Position numbers and translations under genes: made by a program. The notes under the pieces are model-generated. The model made no database searches. It was not told where the DNA came from and worked only from the letters and a program-made list of their open reading frames with translations. From NCBI GenBank assembly GCA_964016885.1, contig OZ024746.1, forward strand, positions 8,928,001 to 8,992,000: a DNA stretch of 64,000 nucleotides, written 5' to 3'. Shown in pieces: positions 1 through 13,559 of the stretch. The stretch's first letter is position 1; each line of letters opens with the position of its first letter. The stretch is from Eledone cirrhosa (taxonomy: Eukaryota).

Positions 1-201
1 AGGTGCACTACAACTCATCAAAGGTGCATGTATAGTACATAGAATAATGTACAAATGTCAGGAAAATGAACAGTGTATGAGTCATTATATAATAATAGTA
101 ATAATAATAATAAGGAAATATTGTGTACAGAGCCCAGGTGCACCACAACTCATCAAAAAGTGCATTACAGTACATAGGGCAATGCACAAACATCAGGAAA
201 A
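1..201. repeat. Degenerate direct repeat (~66 bp x2) at window start
   Basis: aggtgcactacaactcatcaaaggtgca...tcaggaaaa (1-66) recurs as aggtgcaccacaactcatcaaaaagtgca...tcaggaaaa (136-201). Confidence 0.7.
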
Positions 202-390
202 AAATATTAAACTATTTTAAAACTATATTAAAACTATATTAAAAAAACTATATTAAAACTATATTAAAACTATTTTAAAACTATATTAAAACTATATTAA
301 AAAAACTATATTAAAACTATATTAAAACTATTTTAAAACTATATTAAAAAAAAAAAAAAAAAAAAAAAGGAAAAAAAATATTAAACTATT
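202..390. repeat. AT-rich minisatellite (aaactatatta)n with poly-A
   Basis: Tandem aaaactatatt units seen directly. Confidence 0.85.
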
Positions 391-519
391 CATTTGTGTT
401 CATACACGGAAGAAAAGCTCTACCGAAGGTTTCAGGGCCCAAATCTGACCATACCTCCAGAATACAAAAGGCATCAAATGTGTGACCTTTCTTCAGGCGC
501 TTATATGAGTCTAGACGAT

Positions 520-862
520 ACCTTTAAAATTAAACGTGCTAGATTTCGTAAAAAACTAATTAACACATTTAGTGTACTAGGACTTAATATTAGAGTTGAT
601 ACAAATTTTACTAACGCAAATTTCCCTTATGCAACCTTATACCTCATCACAGCTTCGTATAAAACATACCATAAGCCTAACGAAATATTGAAATAAATTA
701 ATAAAGGTTTATTCTAACCCATTCTGTTTTTAAAAACTTGGTTTCTAACATTCGTCTAGGTATCTTAAATCTATCAGCAACCAGGTAGATTTCCATAAGG
801 ATACTCCTTAAAACAACCAAGCCCTCCTAGACAGAGGTTGAAGAATAACATTAAGGACACAC

Positions 863-865
<3 letters not shown>
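520..865 (+). pseudogene. Degenerate Penelope-like element reverse transcriptase C-terminal/thumb fragment (Naiad-like)
   Basis: RKKLINTFSVLGLNIRVDTNFTNANFPYATLYLITASYKTYHKPNE, then across stops/frameshifts HSVFKNLVSNIRLGILNLSA..FHKDTP*NNQALLDRG. This follows the PLE pattern GLKITIE.N...NFLDVT.....Y.PY.KPN....SNHP....NL...I..R...LS....F......Y..AL...G. Confidence 0.7.
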
Positions 866-952
<87 letters not shown>

Positions 953-1977
953 TATGCCACGCACCCGGCCATTCGTCACTGACTAAATAAATACACTACG
1001 GAAAGTAAATATGTAGTTTCAAATTGAAACATTTATATTGGCGGCAGGCCAAGTTTCAAATAAAAACTAAGCGTAAAATTAAAAGAAACCCTTTAGGCGT
1101 TGTTTGTGGGAAAGGATAAACTCACATCCAAATGTCAGTTTGATGTTTCACACCCGTCAGCTAACTGCGTATCATTGTACTTTTTACTATAAGCTAAACT
1201 ATTCCTTTTCCTGGTTCAATGAAGGGCAGATAAATCTGTAACAACTCTGGAATCAACAACTGAGAATGAAAGCGCTTCCCTCATCATGCTGCTAGATGTA
1301 GGAACCAAAGGTAAGAACACCTTGATACTCTCTAAGAAGATGGAATAGTCAACGTTGGAATATCACATAAGGTTAGGTCTGTTCAACCATGATTGGCATA
1401 CAGTTAAGAAACAACATTAATGCTAACAATAACAAAGACAACAACAGTACAATTAATGCAAACATGATGGAAGACTTTTATCAATACCCGAATTTCAGGG
1501 TCGATGTATGAAAATGAGGTTTTGCATATTCGGCTATTTTGTTGATCAAGAAATACAATAACACTAAGCTAACACCTCATAGAATATCTATTTCAACATT
1601 TTCTTCTCGTCTCACCAATATTTTTCTCAAGCGCTTTCTTTCCAAACATTGGTGAAGCTCTATTAGGTCCACGTCTATAGACACAAGACTGCGCATCAAC
1701 AAACCAATCTTTCTCTTCATCCTCCTATAGAAAGAAAAGAAAGAATATGAACTGACTCCTAAATCTGCACACGTTACTATTGATAGTATGAATAGAATGT
1801 AATGAATACACACACACACACACACACACTCTCTCTGTATATATATATATACACAGAGAGAGAAGTATATATATATATATATATATATACTTCTCTCTCT
1901 CTGTATATATATATATATATTTACCCTCTCTCTCTCGCTCTTTCTCTCTCTGTTTCACCTCTCTCTCTTTCTCTCTC

Positions 1978-2049
<72 letters not shown>

Positions 2050-2050
2050 G

Positions 2051-2141
<91 letters not shown>

Positions 2142-4889
2142 TGTATATATGTCTATGTTGTGCGTGCGTATGATTGTGCGTATGTGTTTGTTTATATGTA
2201 AAGATATTTATTTATGCCGTTTTTATGAATGTATTGAAGGTGTGATGTGTGGGAGTCTATTTGAGACGTGAAACAGCCTTTTAAAGATATAAAACTGTAG
2301 AGAAGGAAATAGTGAGTGAGATGTAAACGTAAAGATGTAAAAAAGAAAGATTGTACATTAAAAATATTGTGCAAAATGTAATAAAATGACATCATAATAC
2401 AGGAAGTAACTCTAGTGAGTCAGTGGTGATGTTGGCGGCGGCGGCAGTGATACTATTGTTTCACCGCTACCAGGATTACCAACGTTATTTTTCTAACATA
2501 TCTCAAGAATGTGTTTAAATATAAGTTTGAAGGCAAAGACAACGGAGAGAAATTACATCCGATTCTTGTCGTGGAGGAACAGAATCCACATAAGGTTTTA
2601 ATTCACAAGCCTCCAATATCTATATAATTAAATGGTCGCCAGTAGAAGGACACCCGTTAGTCATGACCTAAATGCAGCCCAGCTCCCTCGGAGTGTAAGA
2701 AGTTAAGATCCGACACATTTGCTTGGAAAAGGGGGAGCTTTATCTCTGAAGACCTGCTGCTGCCCAGCTCCCTCGAAAGCTTCTTAACACAACTAAACGG
2801 AGCAAAATGATGAAGGAAGAAAAATGAAAATGAAACAGAACTCTAAAGGGAACCTTAATTAATTCGTAACATTTGTTGTAACGTCCTTTGTAATAAGTAA
2901 AATAGCTAACATTGATGTGAAAAGAAAATAGAGTGGGCAATTATAGATATTCTTCTTTTTACCCCACATCGAGCCGAACCAAATAATTTCTAGTTCGTTT
3001 AGACCTTCTCTGGAGAAATAATATATTTTATCCATTCCTCATAGTTATATGTATCATAAAGGATGTAGAGCATAGAAACACTGAGTGAGATCTATATTAT
3101 AACTATGTAATTTTCTCCTCGCCTCCATCTGTCTTACGGACGCTACGATCTGTCAAAGACGTTCTAAAGTTTTATTTCGAATTCATACAACACAAATGTA
3201 AGACAAAGAGTGGGGAAGTGGTTCCAAATGTTCTTTATGGCTTTCATCCACACTAGAAATTAGCATTTTGTCCACGGTGCTCCACCTTTTATTCTCTTTC
3301 CTCTTTCTCAATTAATTTCTATCTGTCTTTCTATCTCTTGATAGGCACACACCCACACGCAGAGGTACACAGATAATTGCGCTTGCGCGCGTGTGGTGTT
3401 CGTAGATATTTGTATATGTATGTAAGTATGTATGTAGGTATGTATGTATATACTGTCTGTTTGTATGTCTATGTATGTATGCATGCATGTATGTATAACA
3501 TTGCATTTGATAAAGAAACACAATATTAATTATTCCGCTAGTAAAGCAAGGGGTTTTGTACTGGTTTCAATAAAAATTAATCCATTGACAACGTAGCTTT
3601 TCATTATCTGATGAGGGGAAGACTAACAGCTTGTCAAATTGATACCACAGACAGGTCAAACATGTCTTAATTAGTTTGTTTAGTTCTTATAGCTAAGATA
3701 GAAATTCTATGTATATTAATAATTGTATGTGTATATGTATATTAATAATTGTGTACGTATATTAATAATTGTATATGTATATTAATAATTGTATATATAT
3801 GTATATTAATAAATGTGTATGCATATTAAAACATGTGTGTATATTGATAATTGTGTATGTATATTAATACATACGTGTGTACATATGTGTGTATATTAAT
3901 AGTTGTGTATATATTAATAAATGTGTGTGTTGGATCACCATCAATTGCGACGACACATTCCAATTGTTTGATAAATGGAACGATCTTGTTCGTGAAATTA
4001 ACGTGCAAGTGACTGAGCATTCTAAAGACATGTGTACATTTAATGTAATACCCAGGTATTTTGAACGTAGTCCATTTTCTGGCAGGGTGGTCTTCTATAT
4101 AACAAGTGCAAGCGATTTATTCTGCAAAGACCGAGGAAGGTGAAATAAAGTGTCTTGCTAAAAAACACACCAGACCACCTAAATTGAACTCGTAGTATTG
4201 CAATCAAATGCCGCTCCCAGTAACTGCTGAACTGCATATCTTCACATTGATAGAAGTATATCTATTATTTTTGTACAAGTTCGTAGCATGGTGGACTTAT
4301 TATTCCCAAATATAAGAAATCTCTCGAAAAAATAAAAAAATAAAGCGTTGACAGGAGCCGAAAAGGAAGAGTTATTTTGTAAGATTTGTCAGTTGGAAGG
4401 TAAAACTAATTTGAAAGAAAATAGGTCTGACTTTCGAGATCAGAACAACTCAAATTTACTGTCATTGACGTGGAAATGTCAAACTGAATTGACACATTTA
4501 ATTTTAAGGTACGTTACCTTCAGAATAGACACGACCTCAACTGTAACACTATCAGGATGGGTCAACTTGATGTTTAATAACAGTATTATGAACTGATAGT
4601 ATGACATTCCAAATGTCATATGATTGACAGGTTATTACAACTCGAAATCATTGTAAATGCTATTCCTCACAATCATAGATGATCTGAAAAATTACATACC
4701 ATAAAGAAAGTTTTTATTTAAGGTTCAAATATTTTACTTCACAACAGTTGATAGCTCTCTATCACGATTAAGTGAAACACATCTTTTAATACTCTCGATA
4801 CGTGGAATGGTTATATTAGGCTCACCTGAACCTAATATATCTGTGTGCTTTTGCATTCCTGTGCTTGTTTTGTTTCATTTAATAATTAT

Positions 4890-5041
<152 letters not shown>

Positions 5042-5390
5042 TTAACTAGAGATACAGTATATATATATATACATTTAAATAAACATCCAGTATATTATCA
5101 AATATACTATACATACATTCATACATACATCGCTATTTCAGAGTACTGATACTAATATATATATGTATATATAATTTTTTATAAGGTGTTAAGCAATTAG
5201 GGTTGTGTAATCTGCACTCAAGTCAATCAACGATGATGTAGTTGGAAATCAGCACTCACCGATATGTAGAGTTTCAAATTAGTTTTGTACAATAAAAACA
5301 ATTGGGAACGCCATATGAAGTTTTTATAAATTCATTATTTACTGTATATATATATATATGTATATTTATGTGTGTGTATATATATATATA

Positions 5391-5431
<41 letters not shown>

Positions 5432-5433
<2 letters not shown>

Positions 5434-5912
5434 AGAATAGGATTGGCTGTGTAGTTGCTAGTTAAGGTAGCTTAAAATGGAGTGAGAATAAGAAGAATAA
5501 GAAGAAAGGGCGGGTCCTCATTAGTTGTCTACTGAGGGCCTCTAGCATTCCTTTTCTCACTTACACTTGCTGGGGTTAGACGTGTCTTTTCGCTCCCTCA
5601 CACGCTCTTGAACTTAAGTTTTCTTATCGTTGTGGTCTTGGATTTCCTTACCTTATGTTGCTCCCACATTGCTCAGTTTGTTGTTTTTTTCGCTGTTTTT
5701 TCGCTGTTTTCTCTTTTCTTCCCCCTCTCCCTTCTATTTTCCTTCCCTCCCTCCTCCATTTTCCCAATAACTTTCCCAGTTATTGAACGCTCTGGGCGGT
5801 AGATATATTGTATTTAAAGAGTAGAAATATCCGAGACCCCCAGTAGACAACTGATGAGGACCCCCCCCCCGTCGTTCTTGCTTTCTTCTTATTCTCACTA
5901 CATTTTAAGCTA
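5432..5912. mobile_element. Inverted-repeat element between TA tracts (probable PLE-derived fold-back)
   Basis: tagcttaaaatggagtgagaataagaag...gggtcctcattagttgtctactg (from 5468) is the reverse complement of cagtagacaactgatgaggaccc...cttcttattctcactacattttaagcta (to 5912); (TA)n on both sides. Confidence 0.6.
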
Positions 5913-6074
5913 TATATATATATATATATAATTATTGTTATTATTATCAATTTTTCATTTAATCAATTATTCATTTATACAAGAAAGTTCGGTGTGTTAG
6001 TATGATAATTCCATAAGACGCTATTGTTATGCATAATTATCATACACACATATATATATGTATATATGATATAG

Positions 6075-6115
<41 letters not shown>

Positions 6116-6122
<7 letters not shown>

Positions 6123-6410
6123 GGGAAGTGAGGTTCTATACAAAACAGTAAATATAGAGAAAAGATGAAGTTGGAAATAGCACGGGAGATATATTTAAGG
6201 GTTTGTTTTTTCTTTTTTGATTGGTCATTATGAACATTATTAAAAAGATAATGTTATTCAAAAAAGAGTGGGACAATGTTTTTTTAAATTTTTATTTTAT
6301 TTTTTATTTTATTTATTTTATATTTTTTTATAAAGTATATAAAGTATATGAGAAAATTACCGGTTTCGATGTATTAAGATCCAGCTTGTCAAATTCAGTG
6401 AAAACAGTTA
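6116..6410 (-). mobile_element. Family J mini-element with hammerhead-like motif; second copy at 54322-54556 (+)
   Basis: Minus strand reads aat-TTGACAA-gctggatcttaatacatc-GAAA-ccgg-TA-att. It shares atacatcgaaaccggtaa and the terminal ttccaact..tttctata..ttttgtatagaa..cccttttc block with the 54.3-54.56 kb copy. Confidence 0.55.
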
Positions 6411-6497
6411 ATTAAAAAGAGTTGGTAGGAGTAAAGAAAGGTTTAAAATTAAAATTAAAATCGAATGTTTGAGTAAAATGTCTTTAGTATTACTTAA

Positions 6498-6686
6498 GGG
6501 CAGTGGGTTGGCAGTATCGGTAGAGGGTCGGATGCCGTGCTTTGTAGTATAGAGTTACGGCCCTTTATGGTCTGAGTTCAAATCCCGCCGAGGTTAACTT
6601 TGCCTTTCATCCTTACGGGGTCGATAAAATAGAGTACCAGTAATGCACTAGGGTAATTGCTGGCCTTGTGCCAAAAGTAGAAACAA
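6498..6686 (+). mobile_element. tRNA-derived SINE (Meta/MESC-type central domain), full length
   Basis: A box-like ttggcagtatcgg, B box gagttcaaatcc, central aactttgcctttcatccttacggggtcgataaaat..agtaccag, 3' ggccttgtgccaaaagtagaaac; about 12 copies in the window. Confidence 0.9.
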
Positions 6687-6974
6687 GTATTACTTATAGT
6701 CAATCTTCGTTTTCGTATTAAACTCTTCCTTCAAATTTATCTCCGAAAAATAGAGTGTGTGCACATTCCATATTCCGCATATTTGCAGCAAATAGATATT
6801 ATGTGTTTATAAGTAAATATACACGTTTATATAAATAGTAATTTACATACTAAATACACACTCATTTACATACAAAAACACACGTAAAGATACGTAAATA
6901 TGGATACACTTATACCAAAATAAATGACAGGCAAAATTTCTTGATAGCAATTTGAGAGATATACATACATACGT

Positions 6975-7122
6975 TCAGACGACTTCTCATATGATTTTCT
7001 TTGAATGAAACAGTTCTAGTCTTGTAAAAGTCACTTCAATATTAAATTTGTTGTATACACACAACTAATGTAGTGAGTACCTTACTTACTGCGGTTATCC
7101 CCGATTGAACCCGAAACTCACA
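6975..7122 (+). mobile_element. Family H mini-element (hammerhead 3' half); related copies at 8330-8482 (-), 54790-54905 (-), 56590-56635 (-)
   Basis: gaatGAAAcagttctagTCttgta...gagtaccttactt.ctg.ggtta...gatt.aacccgaa matches the reverse complement of 54790-54905. Confidence 0.6.
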
Positions 7123-7523
7123 TATTTATATAGGTGGTGCATTTATATGCATGTATATACATATTGGATGATATGCTAGAGTGACATGGAGAAAGACTGT
7201 ATCAGATTCCTAACGCCTGGTACTATATCACATCTAACTTAGAAGCTACATGATCTGATGAACATATTATAGCTGGAATATTTTCTAGCTTTAAAATAAC
7301 TACTCCACAAATATTTCAACATACTTCATCTTGCGATCAATACAAGTAAACACCATCGAGTATCAAATTATTTCGAAATAGTTATTTTGTTTTATTGATA
7401 GTTAGAATCTCCTAAAGCGAAATCAATCCTTTAATTCGGCTATTCCTTTTCAACGTAATCTGGACTGATCCGATTTAAGGTTGGTACATTATATACTTAT
7501 ATACATAAATACATACATATACA

Positions 7524-8195
<672 letters not shown>

Positions 8196-8439
8196 GTATA
8201 TACATATAAACACACACACACAACACACGCATATATATATATATATACATATGTGTGTGTGTGTGTAAAGGTATGTGTATGTATATATAAACATGTGTGT
8301 GTAAGGGTATGTGTATATATATATATATATATATAATGGGAAGATTCCCTAAAGAGTTAGGATGGTGACCACAGTTAGAGAAGTTACTCAATATATTGGT
8401 GGAGCATAATCATTTTTGTTTACTATAAAAATGACTTCC

Positions 8440-8480
8440 ACAGGTCTAGAAATGTTTCATTCACATGAAATCATCAGACT

Positions 8481-8482
<2 letters not shown>
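8440..8482 (-). ncRNA. Hammerhead ribozyme-like motif (family H), probably decayed
   Basis: Minus strand: acagt-CTGATGA-t-ttca-tg-tgaa-t-GAAA-catttctag-AC-ctgt; other copies have GTC at the cleavage site. Confidence 0.55.
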
Positions 8483-8516
<34 letters not shown>

Positions 8517-8631
8517 ATATATATATATATATAATGAAATATCTATGATCGTTGGCAAATCACTGATGAGGGACTCATTTTATAACATGTTATCCATGTG
8601 CAACCTGCAGTATTCTTCTCCCCATTTTTTC

Positions 8632-8665
<34 letters not shown>

Positions 8666-9395
8666 ATATAGGTTTTGAAATCAATCTGTCGATAAGCTAG
8701 AACTGTCATAAAAGAAGACTGATGTCTCATCATAATTCTGTTTCTGATTGATTTCGTGCTTGCGTTCGATTTATTATTTGTTTTTTTTTTCTCGTTCGTG
8801 CGTTTCTCTTAATGTTTCAGGATCTTTCTCTTACAATTTTCCATGGCATGCTTTGTATTTTATTTATTCGTCGTTTATTGTCGATGAAGCAAGGAATTCA
8901 GGGTCATTCAGTATTTTGATTCCTCACAATAAATTCTGATACATTTTATGGTATCAAAGTCCATAATGATGTATATATATCAAAGTCCATAATGATGTAC
9001 AACCAATAAATATGTTTTCTCAATCTTACCAAATGGTGACAATCAGCAATCTACCATATCAATTTGGATCCGCGCACTAGGTACATAGAAGTATTAAAAC
9101 GGTTTTCGCATATATTATGTGTTTATGACAGTATGCGGTTACATCATGGCATGATTTGAACACATAAAAATACCGCAAAGCATTAAGTTTGCCACTTTAC
9201 TCTTTCTACCAGTTCAATAAATAACTATTATAAATACTTTAATACGATTCCTCTGTTGAATGATACAGCTAAATCAGGAAACCTCTCAATATATAATATG
9301 ATATAATATGAGGAATACAGTTTAGAATTTTGCCTTTTAATCTAACAACAATATTAAATATATTACAACGCAGAAATAGTTTCATTAAATGTTCA

Positions 9396-9582
9396 GGGCG
9401 GTGAATTGGCAGTATCGGTAGAGGGTCGGACGCCATGCTATCGAGCATAGTTACGTCCCTTTACGGTCTGAGTTCAAATCCCATCGAGGTTAACTTTGCC
9501 TTTCATCCTTATGGGGTCGTTAAAATAAAGTACCAGTAACGTACTGGGTAAATTGCTAGCCTTGTGCCAAAAGTAGAAACAA
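9396..9582 (+). mobile_element. tRNA-derived SINE with 13-bp TSD
   Basis: Same consensus as 6498; attaaatgttcag duplicated at 9384-9396 and 9582-9594. Confidence 0.92.
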
Positions 9583-9696
9583 TTAAATGTTCAGTTATTC
9601 ACTATATATTTGTCCAGAAGTTCTAAGCATTTCACAATTGACATATTCTCTATTCACATTTTGCTTCCTTCAAATTAAAGTCACAAAATATTATTT

Positions 9697-9810
9697 GTGA
9701 ATTGGCAGAATTGGTAGAACATCGGATGGAATTCCCTTATGGTATTTGTTGTAGCTCTTTATATTCTGAGTTCGAATCCTACTAAAGTTAACTTTGCCTT
9801 TCACCCTTCT
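9697..9810 (+). mobile_element. Older, 3'-truncated SINE copy
   Basis: gaattggcagaattggtag...ctgagttcgaatcc...aactttgcctttcaccctt. Confidence 0.75.
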
Positions 9811-9860
9811 GTGTTCGTTAATGCAGTAACAACATGCAATATAAATACTACTAATAATAA

Positions 9861-10049
9861 TTGTCTCTACTTTTGGCACAATGCCAGCAATTATCCCAGT
9901 GTATTACTGGTACTTTATTTTATCGATCCCGTAAGGATGAAAGGCAAAGTTAACCTCGGCGGGGTTTGAAATCAGAATGACGAGGGCCGTAACTCTATAT
10001 TGCAAAGCATGGCGTCCGACCCTCTACTGATACCGTCAATCCAGCGCCC
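9861..10049 (-). mobile_element. tRNA-derived SINE with TSD ctaataataa
   Basis: Reverse complement of the consensus; ctaataataa at 9851-9860 and 10051-10060. Confidence 0.9.
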
Positions 10050-11878
10050 TCTAATAATAATAATAATGAAATGGATTGGGATCATAAAACAATGGAATAA
10101 ATGGGGAAATATGGTAAAGACAGGTGCAGAGAATCAAAGTAAAAGATAGCAATATTTCTCAAGACAGAACATTTAGCTATATAAAAATATAGCAATACAA
10201 TAAGCTAAGTGAGAGGGAAAATAATGAGAGGAGATAGACGGGGTGGGAGAGAGTGGTGAGAGAGTTACAGTGAAAGAGAAGTGAAGGTGAGATAATGAGA
10301 AGCTGCAAATATTGATAGGAATAAGCTGAACAGTAACACAGTGTAAGGCCAAATCATAGAATAATGTTTGTGATGGAGAGGTGGTTTATCGTTGCCACCA
10401 GAATTAATTGATTCATGGCTTGAATAAACAAAACGACGAAACAATAGTTTCTAACAACTGATTTGTAATTTATATCAATTCAGCTATATCCAAGCGTTTG
10501 TAATGAAAATACAAATATTAATGCTGTTAGGTAGTCATTAAAGGTTGTTAGCTGCATCATCAATTGACAAAGCAATACGGAGTTTGACCTCAGCCCAAAC
10601 CGAAGACAATGGTCTCATGCAGAATTCATCGGAAATATTACAAACAATTATTATCTGATATTACGGCGGTGATTTGCATTATTAATGTCTGAACTACAGT
10701 GTCTCGCCGAAAGAGAAGGTTTTAGAAAGGATTTTGGTTTAATTAGCCTTTATAATAGTGGGCGCGTCTCAATAAACAATTGCTGCTTTGTTTCGCTCGC
10801 AGAAGAATTAGTTATTCCGATGTACCTTTATTAATATTCAAAAACCATCCTATTCAAGTCTAAACAACATTATTTTACACAAAAAATATTAGCAAATCCC
10901 CTGTGTCAAGTTTGAAATAGTCGAGACAGCAAATGAAAAGCTGTGATTTCTGTTGAGCAATCTTCATTTAGTCTATTTACTTAATCAGTTATCGACTTCA
11001 GTGGCATCGGGCCAAATGGACCATTAATTGATTGTCTTTCTTTCTTCTAGTTGTTTGAACTCAGTTCACAGTTTTGATATATACTAATTTGATTGCAGTA
11101 GCTTTTAACGACCTAAACAAAAAATAAAATAAAAACAGTGTCAGTTCTAATTAGTACATTAGTCATGAAAGAGAATAGTGGCGTCAGTTGACCACTTTGA
11201 AATACTTTCAACTTGATGACATTGTTGACACAAGAGTCATTGCATTAATTTTATACACTGTCCATCCCAAATTATTACCTCTTCGTTGCACAATTCGAAT
11301 GGATGCTCAGATTGTCAGCTATCATGAATAGTATTATATTAATTCGTTTCTGAATAACAATAAGCACTAATTCCTATTCAGCAAATAAAGCATCAGCTAT
11401 GTTAATATTTTTTTAGAGTAGTGACGACGACCAAAACAGTACTCTGCTTAACGGAAGAGATTAATGTATCCGTTTATTTTCTCTGTTCAAATCGAATGCC
11501 GGGTTTCTCATGCTTCTTCAATATTCCGTACTGATATAATTGTGTAGATTAAAGCAGCTACATACCTATTTACTCATAAACAATACTCATTTGTTGTTAT
11601 CAAAAGAAACCATACATTGTCAACATTATTGATGATGTTTAAATCGTTGTTATCACTATAATGTTGTTGGTTTTGTTTTTATGTTGTTGTTGCTGTTGTT
11701 ATATACGATTCCCTAGTTGTTGTAATTAATTATTTTCTGGGATGAAAGAAACGAATTTGACATAGACAATTTCATAGAGTAGATCTCCTGTGACAACAAA
11801 GTTGTTTATGTGTATCTAATAATTCACACCGGAGTTTATTTCACAAAGTTATAAACGATAACATTAGTAGCATTGATA

Positions 11879-12109
11879 CGAGGGAGTGCTGAAAAGTTCT
11901 GAAAAGTTCTGAAAAGCATTAGGTAAAAGAAAATATAGGAGGGTCAGTTAATTATGATTTTATTCAACATATTTCCCTCCCAGATTTACACGTTTATTGC
12001 AGTGGTCCTTCAGTTTTTCTGAGCCCAGTAAAAAGAACTAGGAAAGTTGGGCCTCCAGCCTGGACTCTGTAGTAGCGATCAAACCAGGAATATTTCAGAG
12101 GTTCTCTGG
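11879..12109. mobile_element. Tc1/mariner-type MITE
   Basis: TA-cgagggagtgctgaaaagttc left end and degenerate ccaggaatatttcagaggttctctgg-TA right end; mariner-like TIR with TA flanks. Confidence 0.65.
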
Positions 12110-12399
12110 TAACGAATCAATTCACTTTTGATTATAGTTTCAATCTACGATTGTTATATTAAATGTGATCTTGATCCTAATCGTATGAAATAGATTTTAC
12201 TGACAACAGTAATGTAGGTAAATATATTTAATTAAAAAGCTAACAAAAGCTAGGATTGTCAGCAACATTTTATTTTATAAACTTTAATAGTATTTTAGGA
12301 TATTCATAAATTTCAACTGGTTTCTTTATTGTATTTCAGAAACAACTGTAATAGTACTCTTACAAAAACATCACAAATGGTAAATTAGAGTTATATGCA

Positions 12400-12661
12400 T
12401 AGAGCTTTTCGCGGAATTAAAATTCCAAAGTAAACTTCCAGCGTTCTATCGTTGTTTTTAATGTATATATGTATATATAGTTATATATTGGAAAATGTGT
12501 GAGATCCTTGGTGCAGTTAGGTATATTTGAAAAAAAGGAAAAGAATGACTTCACTTGTAGTTCTAAACGATTAGATTTAATTTTATAATATGATGATAAT
12601 ATAAAATTAAATCAAATTGTTTAGAACTACAAGTGAAGTTATTCTTTTCCTTTTTTTTCAA

Positions 12662-12756
<95 letters not shown>

Positions 12757-12840
12757 TATATATGCATTAAATTAAAAACAACAACAGAAGGCCGGATTGG
12801 AAAATTACTTTAGAATGTTAATTCGGCGAAAGCACTCTAC
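12400..12840. repeat. Nested inverted repeats around a CA/TA tract
   Basis: Inner palindrome 12524-12664 (tatttgaaaaaaaggaaaagaatgacttcacttgtagttctaaac / reverse complement); outer degenerate pair 12400-12462 vs ~12765-12840. Confidence 0.65.
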
Positions 12841-12907
12841 ATCTTTCGATGGCCCAAGCCTTATCATTCGATCATGCAGCAAGAAAGTCATTTCTATTAT
12901 TTTTATC

Positions 12908-13094
12908 GGGCGGTGAATTGGCAGTATCGGTAGAGGGTCGGACGCCTTGCTTTCTAGCATAGTTACGTCCCTTTACAGTATGAGTTCAAATCCCGCCGAG
13001 GTTAACTTTGCCTTTCATCCTTAGGGGGTCGATAAAATAAATTACCAGTAATACACTGGTATATTTGCTGACCTTGTGCCAAAAGTAGAAACAA
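12908..13094 (+). mobile_element. tRNA-derived SINE with TSD attatttttat
   Basis: Full consensus; TSD at 12896-12906 and 13094-13104. Confidence 0.9.
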
Positions 13095-13442
13095 TTATTT
13101 TTATATATGATAAAACAATTTATTTACTTTACAATTATGAAGACATGCATTTTTATCCTCTCGTCGACCGTCTTTTTACCCGTCTATTTACCCGTCTATT
13201 TACCCGTCGTTTTACCCGTCCCTCTATATTTTAGACATTCTTTAGATCTCCACTCTTTACAATGTTTTCTGTTTCGTTTGGTATCGTTTTGTTTAATATT
13301 TCGATTATAAATCCACGCCTAGTAAATTGTTATCAATTTACAAGTCACTTCACTGTCTTTATTCATTCCTGCTAGTATCGCTTCTTTATATAAGCTCAAC
13401 ATTCAGCTGATATCGTTTAAGACCAACAAATACATAACTAAT

Positions 13443-13559
13443 AAAATGACAAGTCAGTCAATCATATTGGGGACCTCCCCACAGCCCCGGCGGACAGAAT
13501 GGAGAAGGCGTTTCCCCGGAGGACGGCAAGGGAGACGCGCTGGAAAAGCCATTCCAACT
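13443..13559 (+). repeat. GC-rich dispersed repeat (~115 bp); copies at 46938-47056 (-) and 47425-47520 (+)
   Basis: aaaatgacaagtcagtcaatcatattg..cctccccacagccccggc.gacagaatggagaag...gacgcgctggaa.agccattccaa is shared between copies. Confidence 0.75.

Noticed and set aside
3601-3675. Isolated CTGATGA motifs (3608, ~5851, ~8563, ~16125 minus, ~48015 minus, ~52570 minus, ~62395 minus) as hammerheads or C/D boxes
   Set aside because: GAAA or the helices could not be completed by eye; these may be decayed relics but are unsupported individually.
6498-6600. tRNA genes suggested by A/B boxes
   Set aside because: They are SINE heads: no cloverleaf, a shared downstream body, and TSDs.
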